Source: an uncultured Verrucomicrobiae bacterium (lineage in GTDB: Bacteria; Verrucomicrobiota; Verrucomicrobiia; Opitutales; JABDGR01). Taken from it: a stretch of 64,000 bases of DNA. The notes under the pieces were generated by a model, which worked only from the letters and a program-made list of their open reading frames with translations, ran no database searches and had not been told where the DNA came from. The first letter of the stretch is position 1. The number at the start of each line of letters is the position of its first letter. Of this stretch, positions 36,437-49,926 are shown piece after piece. Both the position numbers and the translations under genes were made by a program. The DNA is taken from the NCBI GenBank assembly GCA_963765205.1, contig CAVXVB010000005.1, positions 320,001 to 384,000 of the forward strand, in the 5' to 3' direction.

Positions 36437-39400
36437 ATGATTCATAAAATTTTCAGCTACTTTTCCGGACGGCATTACAAGCAGTTCGTGCGCTCCTGCC
36501 TGCCCCTGGTCGCGCGCGTCAACCAGTACGACCAGGAATACAAGGCCTACACGGACGAGCACTTGCGCGCCAAGACCACCGAGTTCCGCGAGCGCTTCCA
36601 CAAGGGCGAGACGCTCGACCAGCTTTTGCCCGAGGCCTTCGCCGCGGTCAAAAACGCCGCCCGCCGCCTGAGCGGCCAGGAGATCATGGTCTGCGGCCAG
36701 CCGCTGCAATGGAACATGGTGCATTTTGACGAGCAGCTTATTGGCGGCATGGCGCTGCACGGGCGCAAAATCGCCGAAATGGCCACCGGCGAGGGCAAGA
36801 CGCTTGTCGCCACGCTGCCGCTCTACCTCAACGCGCTCTCCGGTCGAAACTGCCACTGCGTCACCGTCAACGACTACCTGGCCCTGCGCGACTCGGAGTG
36901 GATGGGCCATCTCTACAAATTTCTCGGCCTGACGGTCGGCTGCATCCAGCAACAGCAGCCGCCCGACGTGCGCCGCGCCGCCTACAAGTGCGACATTACT
37001 TACGGCACGGCCTCGGAGTTCGGCTTCGACTACCTGCGCGACAACGGCATGGCCACGCGCGTCGCCGACCAGGTGCAGAACGGCTATTATTATTGCATCG
37101 TGGACGAGGTGGACTCGATTCTCGTGGATGAGGCGCGCACGCCCCTCATCATCACCGGCCCCTCGACGGAGGACAGCGAAGGGCCGTATCTCGCGCTCAA
37201 GCCTGGCGTCGAACATCTTTTCGGCCAGCAAATGCGCCTGTGCAACCGCCTCGCGCAGGAGGCGCGGGAGGAATTGGAGAAGCCCGGCCAGGGCGAATCA
37301 AGCGAGGCCATCCACAAGCTCCTCCAGGTCAAGATGGGCATGCCGAAGCACAAGCAGTTGCTCAAGCTCATGGAAAACGGCACCGTGCGCAAGTTGCTGG
37401 ACAAGTATGACCTCGAGATGAGCGGCGATTTCTCGCGCGACCAGCGCTACCAATTGAAGGAGGAACTCTTCTTCACTGTGGACGAGCGCCAGCGCACCTC
37501 CGACCTGACCGAAAAAGGCCGCCGCGCCCTGCGGCCCGAAAATCCGGAGGCGTTCATGCTGCCCGACTTGCCGAGCTTTTTCATCGCCACCGACCGGCGC
37601 GACGACCTCACCCCCGAGCAAAAGCACCAGCTCAAGCAGGCGGAGGAGCAGCGCTTCGCCGCCGTCTCCGAGGAAATCCACTGCCTTGCGCAACTTCTCA
37701 TCGCCTACACGCTCTACGAGCGCGACCAGCAATACGTCGTGCTCGAGGGTAAGGTCTTCATCGTGGACGAAAACACCGGGCGCCTGATGCCGGGGCGGCG
37801 CTGGAGCGAGGGCCTCCACCAAGCCGTTGAGGCCAAGGAGGGCGTCGTGATCGAAAAGGAAACGAAGACCTACGCAACCATCACGATCCAGAATTATTTC
37901 CGCCTTTATGAAAAACTCGCGGGCATGACCGGCACCGCCGAGACGGAGGCCGCCGAGTTCAACGACATCTACCGCCTCACGGTCATGCAGATTCCCACGC
38001 ACAAGACGTGCATCCGCAAAGACCTCAACGACATTGTTTTCAAGACCCGGCGCGAGAAATACAACGCGGTGGTGGAGGACATCAAGCAAGCCCACGACCG
38101 CGGGCAGCCCGTCCTCGTCGGCACCACGTCGGTGGACGACTCGGAGGTGCTCTCGAAGATGCTCAAGCGCCTGAACATTGTGCATAGCGTCCTGAATGCG
38201 AAGTATCACCAGCAAGAGGCGGAAATCGTGGCTCGCGCGGGCTCGCGCGGGGCTGTCACCATCGCGACGAACATGGCGGGCCGCGGCACGGACATCAAAC
38301 TCGGCGAAGGCGTGCCCGAGACGGGCGGCCTGTATGTACTCGGCACCGAGCGCCACGACTCTCGCCGGGTGGACCGCCAGTTGCGCGGCCGCTGCGCGCG
38401 CCAGGGCGACCCGGGCTTGTCGCGCTTTTATGTTTCGATGGAGGACAAGCTGATGCGTCTGTTCGCCAACGCCGGGCCGCTTTCGACGATGCTCGACAAG
38501 TCCATGCAGGAAGGCGAGCCGCTCGAGCACGGCCTGCTCAACCACAGCATCCAGCAGGCGCAGAAAAAAGTCGAGTCGCAGGACTACAGCATCCGCAAGC
38601 GCCTGTTGCAATACGACGACGTGCTCAGCCGCCAGCGCGAAGTGGTTTACGGCCTGCGCAATGACGCCATCCGCGGCGAAAGCCCCCGCGCAACGGTCTT
38701 CGAGGTCGTTGAGGAGGAACTCAAACTGCGCGCCGACGCGCTGGCCCCCGACGGGCGCGTCCCCGAGGGCGAGGCGCTGGCCGGCTACCTCGCGTGGGTC
38801 AACGCGCGCTTTCCACTGTCGCTGAAAGCCGCCGACGCCAAGGGCAAGGCCGCCGACGCGCTGGTGGCCTGGATCATGGAAAATTTGCAAAAGGCCTACG
38901 CGCAACGCTGCGAATTCGAGACGCCCGAGGCGATGCTCGCCATCGAGCGCTACGTCGTCATCCGCGCCATTGATCGCAACTGGCAGGATCACCTGACGGA
39001 AATCGAGGACTTGCGCAAGAGCATCAACCTGCGCGGCTACGGCCAGCGCGACCCACTCAATGAATACAAGGCGGAGGCCTTCACCTATTTTGAGCAGATG
39101 ATGGGCCGCGTGCGCCAAGACGTGTGCGGCGGCCTCTTCACCTCGGCGACGAACATGCAGTCCTTCCAAAGCCTGCTGCAACTCATGCAGCGTGCCCAAG
39201 CCACCGGCCCGACCGATCCGATGCAGCCCGCCACGACCACCGGCACCGCCACGCGCCCGCCGGCCGCGCCCGCCCGGCCCGCCGCGCCGCCGCCCGCGAC
39301 CACGGCTGCGACCGCTCAGCCGGAAGCCAAGCTGCCAAAAGTCGCTCCGCGCCCGCCGCCCGAAGCACTGAAATTTGGCCGCAACGACCTGGTGACCATC

Positions 39401-39490
39401 AAGCGTGGTGCCGAAACCCAGCAGGTGAAATTCAAAAAAGCCGAGCTGATGCTCAAAGAAGGCTGGGTGATTGTGCCGGGGAAAGAATGA
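36437..39490 (+). CDS. secA: Preprotein translocase subunit SecA
   Basis: [64 protein letters not shown]. Confidence 0.97.
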   Translation: MIHKIFSYFSGRHYKQFVRSCLPLVARVNQYDQEYKAYTDEHLRAKTTEFRERFHKGETLDQLLPEAFAAVKNAARRLSGQEIMVCGQPLQWNMVHFDEQLIGGMALHGRKIAEMATGEGKTLVATLPLYLNALSGRNCHCVTVNDYLALRDSEWMGHLYKFLGLTVGCIQQQQPPDVRRAAYKCDITYGTASEFGFDYLRDNGMATRVADQVQNGYYYCIVDEVDSILVDEARTPLIITGPSTEDSEGPYLALKPGVEHLFGQQMRLCNRLAQEAREELEKPGQGESSEAIHKLLQVKMGMPKHKQLLKLMENGTVRKLLDKYDLEMSGDFSRDQRYQLKEELFFTVDERQRTSDLTEKGRRALRPENPEAFMLPDLPSFFIATDRRDDLTPEQKHQLKQAEEQRFAAVSEEIHCLAQLLIAYTLYERDQQYVVLEGKVFIVDENTGRLMPGRRWSEGLHQAVEAKEGVVIEKETKTYATITIQNYFRLYEKLAGMTGTAETEAAEFNDIYRLTVMQIPTHKTCIRKDLNDIVFKTRREKYNAVVEDIKQAHDRGQPVLVGTTSVDDSEVLSKMLKRLNIVHSVLNAKYHQQEAEIVARAGSRGAVTIATNMAGRGTDIKLGEGVPETGGLYVLGTERHDSRRVDRQLRGRCARQGDPGLSRFYVSMEDKLMRLFANAGPLSTMLDKSMQEGEPLEHGLLNHSIQQAQKKVESQDYSIRKRLLQYDDVLSRQREVVYGLRNDAIRGESPRATVFEVVEEELKLRADALAPDGRVPEGEALAGYLAWVNARFPLSLKAADAKGKAADALVAWIMENLQKAYAQRCEFETPEAMLAIERYVVIRAIDRNWQDHLTEIEDLRKSINLRGYGQRDPLNEYKAEAFTYFEQMMGRVRQDVCGGLFTSATNMQSFQSLLQLMQRAQATGPTDPMQPATTTGTATRPPAAPARPAAPPPATTAATAQPEAKLPKVAPRPPPEALKFGRNDLVTIKRGAETQQVKFKKAELMLKEGWVIVPGKE

Positions 39491-39767
39491 AGGATGAGGG
39501 ATGAAGGATGAATTATGGGTGTCTCTGACAACTCCTCGTTGACCAATTTCACAATAGGTAAAAATGAAACTCCAGGCGAAAAGAGAGGTTGGTAGAAGCA
39601 CCTTTAAGAAAGATGAAAGATGAAAGATGAAGGAACATCCCACACGCAGAGGAAAAATCCGGCGCGGAACAAAAAAAATCCGCCGAAGCTGGTGATATGC
39701 CCGGAGCAAAAGCCAGGAAGCAAACTTTGAGTCCGAATTCATCCATCATCCATCATCCTTCATCCTT
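39487..39767. repeat. Heptamer arrays (GATGAAG type) with an inverted partner
   Basis: atgaagg atgaggg atgaagg; gatgaaa gatgaaa gatgaag; ttcatcc atcatcc atcatcc ttcatcc. Confidence 0.75.
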
Positions 39768-41433
39768 CTCCCGCCGCCGGCTTCCGCTGTTCGTGGCCGC
39801 GGCCTACATCCTCGCGCTCACGCTCGCGTTTCCGCCGTTCAACCAGGCCTGGGCGGTGCTGGTTTTTCTGACGCCGTTTGTGAAGTGGGCGTTCAGCGCG
39901 CCGCGCTGGCGGACGTTCTTGGCGGCGGCGCTCGCGGCGGGGTGGGGGTCGTGGTTTTGCATCATGATCTGGCTGCGGCATATTTATCCGCCGTGGGGCT
40001 GGCTCGGCTTGTTTTTGTTAAGCGGTTATCTCGGGTTGTATGCGCTCGCCTGGCTGGCGGCGGTGCGTTGGGCCGCGCCGCGGCTCCAAGGCGCGTCGCG
40101 CTGGCGACGGCTGGTGGGGCTGGTGGCGCTGGCGGGGTGGTGGGTGGTGCTCGAGTGGGTGCGCGGCACGGCGTTCACGGGATTTCCCTGGCTGCCGCTG
40201 GCGGCGGCGTTTTGGAAGTTTCCCCTGCTCCTGCAAATTGCCGCATGGACCGGCCAGTGGGGTGTCACGTTCATGATCGTGTTGTTTAACCTCGGCCTCG
40301 TCTGCGGCACCGGGCCGGAGCCGGTGGCCGGGAAGGCGCCGCCGCCGCGCCGAAAAATTTGGTGGCCCGCGCGCTGCGGCCCGGAACTGCTATTGCCGGC
40401 GGGTTTGTTCTTGGGCGCGATATTTTTGTCGCTCCAACTAGGTTCCAGCAAAGAGCGCGCGACCGTCCGGCTCCTGCGCGCGGGCATCGTCCAGCCGGCG
40501 ACGCCGGCGACTCTGAAAGAGGATCCCGCGTTTGTGGTTAAAAACCGGGACATCGTATTGGGCCTGACTCGGACCTTCACCCACCGTGAAAGCAGCCCAA
40601 ACAATGTGGACTTGGTGCTGTGGCCCGAGGCCGCCCTGGGCTATTTTTCGTTTCAAGGCCCCAACGCGGAACCGAACCGGCGGGCGCTGGAACAGTTTGT
40701 CCACAATTTGGGCGTGCCGCTGCTTTTTGGCGGGCTGGGCGAGGCTTTCCCGCGGGCCGGCCAGCCGGACGAGGCGGGAGAATATGACAGCGTCTTTCTC
40801 GCGCTGCCGGGCCAGCCCGGCCGTTTCGCGGAGGAAGTTTATGCCAAGCGCCACCTCGTGCCCTTCGGTGAATATGTCCCGCTGCGCCAATGGCTGCCCT
40901 TCATCGGCCAGGTCGTCTCCGTGGACGCGGTGCCCGGCGACCGGGCCGTGACCATTCCGCTGACTCTGTCCAACGGCCACACCGTCCACGCCGGGCCGCT
41001 GGTGTGCTTCGAGGATATTTTTGCCAACCTCGCGGGCGACCAGGCGCGGGCGGGCGCGGACTTCCTGGTCGTCGTCACCAACGACGCCTGGTTTGGCCTC
41101 GGCGGCGAAGATGAGCAGCACGCGGCCCATGCCGTCCTGCGCGCCATCGAAACGCGGCGCCCGATCGTGCGCTGTGGCAACGACGGCTGGAGCGGCTTCA
41201 TTGACCAGGACGGCGACGCGTTCGCGCTCGATAAAAACGGCCACGTCATCCAGAGCGGCTGGGTTTTGACCGCGCGCGGCACGACGCATTTCCAAGGCGC
41301 GGGCGCGCTGTATCTCTACAGCAACCCGCAGTTCGACGGCGTCGAAACTTTTTATGTGCGCTTCGGCGACTGGTTTGTCACCTTGAGCGCGCTGCTGGCG
41401 GTGGCGGGAGCGGTAGGGTTAAGAAAAAAATAG
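39697..41433 (+). CDS. lnt: Apolipoprotein N-acyltransferase
   Basis: EWVRG..FTGFPW, LVLWPE, YAKRHLVPFGEYVP, LVCFED, TNDAWFG, LRAIE; start uncertain. Confidence 0.93.
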   Translation: MPGAKARKQTLSPNSSIIHHPSSFSRRRLPLFVAAAYILALTLAFPPFNQAWAVLVFLTPFVKWAFSAPRWRTFLAAALAAGWGSWFCIMIWLRHIYPPWGWLGLFLLSGYLGLYALAWLAAVRWAAPRLQGASRWRRLVGLVALAGWWVVLEWVRGTAFTGFPWLPLAAAFWKFPLLLQIAAWTGQWGVTFMIVLFNLGLVCGTGPEPVAGKAPPPRRKIWWPARCGPELLLPAGLFLGAIFLSLQLGSSKERATVRLLRAGIVQPATPATLKEDPAFVVKNRDIVLGLTRTFTHRESSPNNVDLVLWPEAALGYFSFQGPNAEPNRRALEQFVHNLGVPLLFGGLGEAFPRAGQPDEAGEYDSVFLALPGQPGRFAEEVYAKRHLVPFGEYVPLRQWLPFIGQVVSVDAVPGDRAVTIPLTLSNGHTVHAGPLVCFEDIFANLAGDQARAGADFLVVVTNDAWFGLGGEDEQHAAHAVLRAIETRRPIVRCGNDGWSGFIDQDGDAFALDKNGHVIQSGWVLTARGTTHFQGAGALYLYSNPQFDGVETFYVRFGDWFVTLSALLAVAGAVGLRKK

Positions 41434-41498
41434 CCACAAGTCCTGATTTGCCTCAACAACGTTAAAGCGGGCGCAGTCTTGCTGCGTCCTCGGCCTCT

Positions 41499-42038
41499 TC
41501 AAGGCGTCGTCGCGGCCGGGGGCGGCGTGACCTCGGGCGCGGGCAATTCCGTCGAGGGCGCGGTGGTCTCCGTCGTCGCGGCCGGGGTTGCTGACTCCGC
41601 GGGCTGGTCTGTCGCCGGTGCGGGGTGGGCGACAAGGTAGGAATCAATATTTTCCTGCACCATGCGGGCCAGTTCCGGGCCGGGTTCGACGATTTCTTCC
41701 TTTTCCGCAAGCGTGCCCGAGACCACCATCACGCCTTGAAAGCCGCTGGCCGAGGCCCGCCGGGTGGTCTCCAAAACGGCGGTGGGCGTGACGGCATCTT
41801 GGCGTGCGACGAGGAACTTGCCCTCCGGGAATGGCGCGCGGTTCAACTGGACGACGGCGATGGCGGTCTTCAGGTCCACCCAGTTGGCGGTGCCGACGAT
41901 GGTGGTTTTCGCGGCGGGGACGAATTTGTTATACAGGCCGCCATCCTTGGCGACCTGGCCCGCCGACTTCACATGCGCGCAGCCGCCCAGCGCGACGACG
42001 CCGCAAAGCGCGAGGAGAAGTGACGAAAAAGCACGCAT
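41499..42038 (-). CDS. Hypothetical lipoprotein
   Basis: Lipobox LGGC; Pro/Thr-rich tail. Confidence 0.7.
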   Translation of the reverse strand: MRAFSSLLLALCGVVALGGCAHVKSAGQVAKDGGLYNKFVPAAKTTIVGTANWVDLKTAIAVVQLNRAPFPEGKFLVARQDAVTPTAVLETTRRASASGFQGVMVVSGTLAEKEEIVEPGPELARMVQENIDSYLVAHPAPATDQPAESATPAATTETTAPSTELPAPEVTPPPAATTP

Positions 42039-42056
42039 GACGGCGCCCGGAATAGA

Positions 42057-44111
<2,055 letters not shown>

Positions 44112-44174
44112 GGGCCAGAAATCTAATTTGAGTTGAGAAGTTAGACCGGAAAAAACGGGCGAAGTGCCGGGCCA

Positions 44175-46058
44175 TCAGGGGGGTGGGGGAGGATTAATGC
44201 GCGGGGGGTGACGAAGCAGTTTTTGGATTTCGTTGATGCGTTGCTGCAAGGCGGCGAGGGACGCTTGATCGTCGGCGGGCAGGTTGACGGCGCGGGTTTT
44301 GAGTTCGAGGAGTTCGCGGCGGAAATGTTCGGTGAAAATGGTCTTCAGGCATTCGTTGATGTGCTTGACCGGCTCATCGCTTTCAAAAGGCCGGGAACGC
44401 AGGTTCGTCGCCAAATTGCGTTCGTCGTCGGATTCGAGCAATTCATCAAGGTGGTCGGCGCCCGGCCAGGCGTCCTCGCGGTGGGCGGCCAGGCAGCGGT
44501 CTAGCAGGCGGCCCTCCGGGGTTTGAGTGTCAAGCCATTGATGATCAAGCGCATGGGCAATCAAAGACGCAAGGTCTTCATAATGCAAAACGAACACTAA
44601 TAACTCATTTTCGGCCGTTGTCAACTTATCATTCGCAGATTCAAGTGGTTGCGCATTCTGCAACGAGCTGGCTTGACCTATACTTTCCAGCGTTTGAATG
44701 GGCCGGGTGGCGCGTTGGGAATGTTGGGTTAGGAAGCGGGCAAAGTCACGCTCGGCCGCCGTGCGGTCGGCGCCGGCCAGGCGGCAGGCTTCCGCCAGAT
44801 AGTCAGCCCGCAACATGGCGGAATCGGATTGCGCCAAAATCTCAAAAATCTCGCGTAGCGCCTCAGCCTTCTCACGCGCGCTGGGGCGGGACGAGGGCAG
44901 CAGTGAACGCACGGCGAAGGCCATCGCCGACTCGGCGTTTTGGTCCAATTCGGCCAGCGCACCCGCGCCTTTTTCCAGAAAGAGCTCATCCGGATCGCAA
45001 TCCGCCGCCAAAGGCAGGAAGCGGATTTCCAAACCGGCTTTGAGCGCCAGCGGCAGCGCGCGCAACGCCGCCTTCTGCCCCGCCGCGTCTCCATCCAAGA
45101 GGCAGTCCACCCTCCCAGCGTATCGCCGCATGAGTTTAAACTGGTTCTCGGTAATCGCGGTGCCCTGCGGCGCGACGACACTTTTGACCCCCGCCGACCA
45201 GCACCGCAGCGCATCCAGTTGGCCCTCAACCATCACGAACCGCCCGGCTTCGCGTACCGGCGCGTGCGCGCGGTCCAGGTTGAAGAGCACATCACCTTTG
45301 CGAAACAGCGGCGTTTCGGGAGAGTTGACGTATTTCGCCTCCCGCGCAGGGTCGTCGGTGGGCGTGCGCTCCGTCTGCCGTGCCGTGAAGGCGATGACGC
45401 GCCCCTGCAACTCGCGGATGGGGATCATCAGCCGTCCGCGAAAGCGCGGGCGTCCGCGCGCGGGGTCGCGTTCCCCTTCGCGGTAGAAAAACAAGCCGCT
45501 GGCCAAAAAGGTCTCCGGCGCGAATTTTTTGGTCTTGAGCAAGGCGTCCAGCAGGCCACCGCCGTCCGGCCCGGCCCAGCCGATCTTGAATTCCTTGGCC
45601 AGCGCCAGGTCAAAGCGACGCGCCTCCGTCCAGTATTGGCGGATGAAGGCACCGCCGTCGTCGTGGCGCAGAAACGCCGCGTGGAAATGCGCTGCGGCGG
45701 CTTCGTGCAGGTCGAATAATTCTTTGCGGACGGACTGGGCCTCGCGCGGCCGGCCATCTTCCTCGTATTCCAAGGTGACGCCAAAGCGTTGCGCCAGCGC
45801 CTCGACCGCCTCTTGAAAGCCGAGGTTCTCCTTGGTCTGGACGAACTTGAAAATGTCACCGCCCTGGCCGCTGCTGAAGCAATAGTAGAGGTTCTTGCCC
45901 GGATCCACGTAGAAGGACGGCGTTCGTTCTTGGGAGAACGGGCTGAGGCCCTTCCATTTCGCGCCGGCCTTTTTCAGCGCGACGTAGGGCAGCACCACGT
46001 CGTAAAGGCTGACGCGGGCGCGCACCTCGTCAATGGAGCTACGTTTGATTTTTGGCAC
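44175..46058 (-). CDS. dnaG: DNA primase
   Basis: GLSPFSQERTPSF, FRGRLMIPI, AKYVNSPETPLF, VEGQLD, DGDAAGQKA; GTG start. Confidence 0.95.
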   Translation of the reverse strand: MPKIKRSSIDEVRARVSLYDVVLPYVALKKAGAKWKGLSPFSQERTPSFYVDPGKNLYYCFSSGQGGDIFKFVQTKENLGFQEAVEALAQRFGVTLEYEEDGRPREAQSVRKELFDLHEAAAAHFHAAFLRHDDGGAFIRQYWTEARRFDLALAKEFKIGWAGPDGGGLLDALLKTKKFAPETFLASGLFFYREGERDPARGRPRFRGRLMIPIRELQGRVIAFTARQTERTPTDDPAREAKYVNSPETPLFRKGDVLFNLDRAHAPVREAGRFVMVEGQLDALRCWSAGVKSVVAPQGTAITENQFKLMRRYAGRVDCLLDGDAAGQKAALRALPLALKAGLEIRFLPLAADCDPDELFLEKGAGALAELDQNAESAMAFAVRSLLPSSRPSAREKAEALREIFEILAQSDSAMLRADYLAEACRLAGADRTAAERDFARFLTQHSQRATRPIQTLESIGQASSLQNAQPLESANDKLTTAENELLVFVLHYEDLASLIAHALDHQWLDTQTPEGRLLDRCLAAHREDAWPGADHLDELLESDDERNLATNLRSRPFESDEPVKHINECLKTIFTEHFRRELLELKTRAVNLPADDQASLAALQQRINEIQKLLRHPPRINPPPPP

Positions 46059-46366
46059 CGGGAAAGCAGGCAGGATGAAGGAGGAGGGATGAAGGATGCA
46101 ACGAAAAGACAAGGGTGACGGTTCTGCCAAGCCATCCCAAGCGGTGAAAACATATTTTAGAAAACGTTTGCTTTGGGGATTATTAGATGAATTCGGCCAA
46201 AAGCATGAACGTTTGGGCAGGCTTGGGCCAGTAGCCCGTGCGGCGGCCCGGGGCCTGGCCTGGACCACCTGCGGTAAAGCTTTGCCAACGGGCAAAAATA
46301 TCAGTAGTCTTAATGCTTTAGCAACCCTCCCGGTTCACGCCCGAACCCTCCCTAATATTATTTATT

Positions 46367-46726
46367 ATGAAAAACAATCATAAAGGTAGGGGCTTCACCC
46401 TAGTGGAAATCATGATTGTGGTGGTCATTATCGGCCTGTTGGCGGCGATGGCCATCCCTGCGTTTGCCAAAGTCATCCAGCAATCGCGTCTCAAGGCGGT
46501 CACGAATAATCTGCGCCAGCTCGCCAACTCCGCCCAGCAATACATGCTCAACAATGGCACCACCCAGGCCGCCTACACCGACATTGTCGGCACCACGACG
46601 GACCACCTCATCAACGCAATGAACGTCATCGCGAGCGAAGACTACACTGGCATCGTCGTTATTCAGAGCCAGACCCAAGTCACGCTCTCGTCGGTGGCCT
46701 TCGGCACGGTCACCTACAATTTTTGA
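46367..46726 (+). CDS. Type IV pilin / pseudopilin
   Basis: RG/FTLVEIMIVVVIIGLLAAMAIP class III signal peptide. Confidence 0.93.
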   Translation: MKNNHKGRGFTLVEIMIVVVIIGLLAAMAIPAFAKVIQQSRLKAVTNNLRQLANSAQQYMLNNGTTQAAYTDIVGTTTDHLINAMNVIASEDYTGIVVIQSQTQVTLSSVAFGTVTYNF

Positions 46727-46804
46727 GCCGCCGACCAAGTTGAATCCGGGTGACAGGCGCGTTTCAGGTTTGAAAACGCGCGGGGTTGACTTTTGCATGG
46801 GTGC

Positions 46805-48082
46805 ATGTCCCTCCCGCCAACGTTTTTACCGCCCCGCGTGGCCGTGACAGGCCTGGGCGGCTACGCCCGGCACCATCACCTCACCCTGCAGCGCCTGGAA
46901 AAAGCGGGTCGGTGTCGGGTGGTGGCTACTTGCGACCCCTCCCTCGAACAAATGCTGCCGCTCAGCGCGGACCTGGACCTCGCCGCGCGGGGCGTGAAAG
47001 TTTTCCCCAGCTTGGAGACCCTGCTCGAAGGCATGGCGGGCGGCCTGGACGCCATCACCCTGCCCACGCCCATCCACACGCACGCGCCCATGCACCTTGC
47101 CTGTGTCGCCCGCGGGGTCCCGGTGTATCTCGAAAAGCCCCCCACCTTGTGGTGGGAGGAACTCGAGACGATGATCACGGCTGACGCCCGCGCCCCATGC
47201 GCCACGGAAGTGGGCTTCAATTTTATCACCGAGCCGGCGCGCGCCGGGTTGCAAGCGCGCCTGCGGGCGGGCGAATTCGGACCCTTGCGCGCGGCGGCGT
47301 TTCTCGGCCTCTGGCCGCGGCCGGCGGCGTATTTCCGGCGCAACAACTGGGCGGGAAAAATTTTTCGCGCGGGGTCGCCCGTGCCGCTGCTCGATTCGTG
47401 CTTTGGCAATGCGATGGGCCACTACCTGCAAAACCTGCTGCATTGGGCCGGCCCGGAGCCGGCGGGTTTTGCCACCGTGCTCGAGGTGCGCGCCTGCCTC
47501 CACCGCGCGCACGCCATTGCCGGGCCGGACACGGTTTTTGCCGAGGCGCGCACGCCGGCCGGGGTTACTTTGCGCCTGGCGGCGACGCACGCCTGCCCGC
47601 CGAAGAGCGAAAGCCACGCCGAATACTTGTTCTGCGAACATGCAACATTACGCTATGTCACCGACCACGATTGCGAAATACGCTGGACGGATGGCCGCCG
47701 TGAAACGGTGGACCTGCGCACGCAGGGCGACTGGCAGGAGCGCAACTTCCGCCGCTATTTCGACTACCTCGCCGGCCGGCATCAAGCGCCGGTTGTGACC
47801 CTGCGCGACTGCCGCCCATTTGTCGCCTGGAACGACTTGATTTATGCCGCAGCGCCCGGCATCGCTTCGTTTGGATCGGAACACTTGGAGTATTATTCCG
47901 GGGGAACCATTCCCGCGCCCCGCGGGTTGCCGGCCGCGCTCCGGGATTTTGCGGAAGCCGGTCGCTGGCCGCACGAAAACCGCGACCTCCCCTGGGCCCG
48001 CGAGCCGGGCCGCGCCCACCTTGCCGACCTCCCCCTTGCGAGTGCGAAAATCCGGGCGCAGGTAGAAGCGGCGGGGCGATAA
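46805..48082 (+). CDS. Gfo/Idh/MocA family oxidoreductase
   Basis: VAVTGLGGY, TPIHTHAP, VYLEKPP. Confidence 0.88.
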   Translation: MSLPPTFLPPRVAVTGLGGYARHHHLTLQRLEKAGRCRVVATCDPSLEQMLPLSADLDLAARGVKVFPSLETLLEGMAGGLDAITLPTPIHTHAPMHLACVARGVPVYLEKPPTLWWEELETMITADARAPCATEVGFNFITEPARAGLQARLRAGEFGPLRAAAFLGLWPRPAAYFRRNNWAGKIFRAGSPVPLLDSCFGNAMGHYLQNLLHWAGPEPAGFATVLEVRACLHRAHAIAGPDTVFAEARTPAGVTLRLAATHACPPKSESHAEYLFCEHATLRYVTDHDCEIRWTDGRRETVDLRTQGDWQERNFRRYFDYLAGRHQAPVVTLRDCRPFVAWNDLIYAAAPGIASFGSEHLEYYSGGTIPAPRGLPAALRDFAEAGRWPHENRDLPWAREPGRAHLADLPLASAKIRAQVEAAGR

Positions 48083-48247
48083 AGTTTGGGTCAAAATGCC
48101 GCCCATTTTGTTCTTGTGAAAGGGGGCGGGGGCGGGGTATGCTGTGACCGCTATCCAGTTGGTTGCCTGTTGCTTGGGTGCGTCTTTGCGAACGTGATGT
48201 TGCGCGAAGGCAGCCGGGTGCGGGCACGCGGCTGGCAGACACCCTTC

Positions 48248-49282
48248 ATGGCCAAAGCTCGCAAGGTGCTTTTTTTGGAAATCTCCGAATATTCGGTGCT
48301 GGCCGCCCGAACCACCGGGCTGGAGCCGCCGTTTGTCATTGAGGAAACGCGCGAGATACCCGCGGGAACCATGGACGACCTGGCGACGCTCGTCAGCGAA
48401 ATGATGTCCCTGCCGACAGGGCAGTATGCGCACACGGTGGTTGGCGTGTATCCGCCGAGCCGCTTCGTCCGCCGATCCGTCATGGAAAATCCCGCCAAAG
48501 CGAAGGACCCCGCCTTTCTGGCCGAATACATCAATTCGCAATTTCAGGTGGACCCGGCCAAGAACATGGTCGCGGTGCTCAACGCCGAAACGGGCCAGTT
48601 TGCCTCGGCGGAAACGGGTTACAGCAAAGAGTTGATTTTTTGCGGCGCGACGCAGGACGACATCAAGGAACGCCAGCAATTCGCCGTCAGCGCGGGGATT
48701 TATCCGCACCGGCTGGAGCTGGGCACCGTCGCCACCATCGCCGGGCTGGGCAGCTACCTGGCTGCCGAGGATTTGAAATCGCCGACGCTGCTGCTGGAAA
48801 TAACCCAGGAGAACGCGCAGGTCTTCATCCTGCGCGGCACGCAGCTCGATCTGGCGCGGCCCATCCCCGTCGGCCTGAGCAGCATGTTCCCGATCGTCCA
48901 GCAGGAACTGGGCCTCAAGGACGAGGAATCCACCCGCAAACTTTTTTTCTCGAACACCTTTGATTTCACCGAGATGGGCCCGACCCTGCTCAAGAAAATG
49001 ATCAAGGAACTCCAATCCTCGACCGGCTTCTACGAAGTGCAAACCGGCCAGACCATCGGGCAGATCCACCTCAACATCCTGCCGAAAAACCTCGCCTGGA
49101 TGGGTGGGCTGCTCGCCCGCACCTTGGGCATTGACACCCTCAAACCGGAATTTCCACGCTGGCTGAAGACCCTCGGCATCGAGCCGGCCCCTGGCCTCGA
49201 ACTGGCCGCGCTCAACGGCCGCTGGCTCGGCGTGTTCGGCCTGATGGGCAAATACGAAGCCAAACCGGAAGTCAAAACCTAG
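48248..49282 (+). CDS. PilM-like pilus assembly protein
   Basis: First gene of a five-gene operon ending in a secretin; actin-like LLLEI...ARPIPVG...ELQSSTGFYE. Confidence 0.65.
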   Translation: MAKARKVLFLEISEYSVLAARTTGLEPPFVIEETREIPAGTMDDLATLVSEMMSLPTGQYAHTVVGVYPPSRFVRRSVMENPAKAKDPAFLAEYINSQFQVDPAKNMVAVLNAETGQFASAETGYSKELIFCGATQDDIKERQQFAVSAGIYPHRLELGTVATIAGLGSYLAAEDLKSPTLLLEITQENAQVFILRGTQLDLARPIPVGLSSMFPIVQQELGLKDEESTRKLFFSNTFDFTEMGPTLLKKMIKELQSSTGFYEVQTGQTIGQIHLNILPKNLAWMGGLLARTLGIDTLKPEFPRWLKTLGIEPAPGLELAALNGRWLGVFGLMGKYEAKPEVKT

Positions 49283-49287
49283 CCGCC

Positions 49288-49926
49288 ATGTTCGCGCGCA
49301 AGAAAAAACCCGAAGTAGTCCTGCACTGGCACCCGAATTTCCGGGTGGTGGCGGCCCTGCCTGACATCAAGCAGGTGCGGACGGGTTTTATTGTGAATTT
49401 CATCGCCATTTTCCTGGCCGTGCTGGGCTTGGGCTGGACGCTCTACGTCGAGGTGCTCATCCACAAGACCAATACGGAGTTGGACCACTACAACACGCAG
49501 ATTACCGCCCTCAAGCCCACGAACGACAAAGACCTGGGCAAGAGCGCCAAATTCGTCAAGGACTCGAAGCCGCTGCAATTTACGGCCAAGTTTTTCTCCG
49601 AAAAGCTCCCCCCGCTGGACGTGATGTCGAGCTTGCTCGACGCCCGGACCAGCGATATATACTTCGATTCCGTCGAAATCGAATCCATCGTGCTGGACTT
49701 GCCGGGCAACAAAAAGGTCAACACCCAGCGGATCACGATCCTGGGCACGCTCAACAGCCCGCGAGAGTCAGACCTCGATCCGTTTATGAAAAGCTTGCAA
49801 AACAGTCCCTTGCTCAAGAGCCGCATCACGGGCGATCCCAAGGACTTCAAACTTGATACCAAGGGGGACCCGGCCATCAAAATCTTCACCTTCACCCTCA
49901 CGATCACCCTCAAGCCCCCCGCATGA
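49288..49926 (+). CDS. PilN-like protein
   Basis: Single TM, then a periplasmic domain; operon position. Confidence 0.55.
   Translation: MFARKKKPEVVLHWHPNFRVVAALPDIKQVRTGFIVNFIAIFLAVLGLGWTLYVEVLIHKTNTELDHYNTQITALKPTNDKDLGKSAKFVKDSKPLQFTAKFFSEKLPPLDVMSSLLDARTSDIYFDSVEIESIVLDLPGNKKVNTQRITILGTLNSPRESDLDPFMKSLQNSPLLKSRITGDPKDFKLDTKGDPAIKIFTFTLTITLKPPA

Noticed and set aside
46270..46290. Sigma54 promoter upstream of the pilin
   Set aside because: GG-to-GC spacing is 9 nt rather than the required 10
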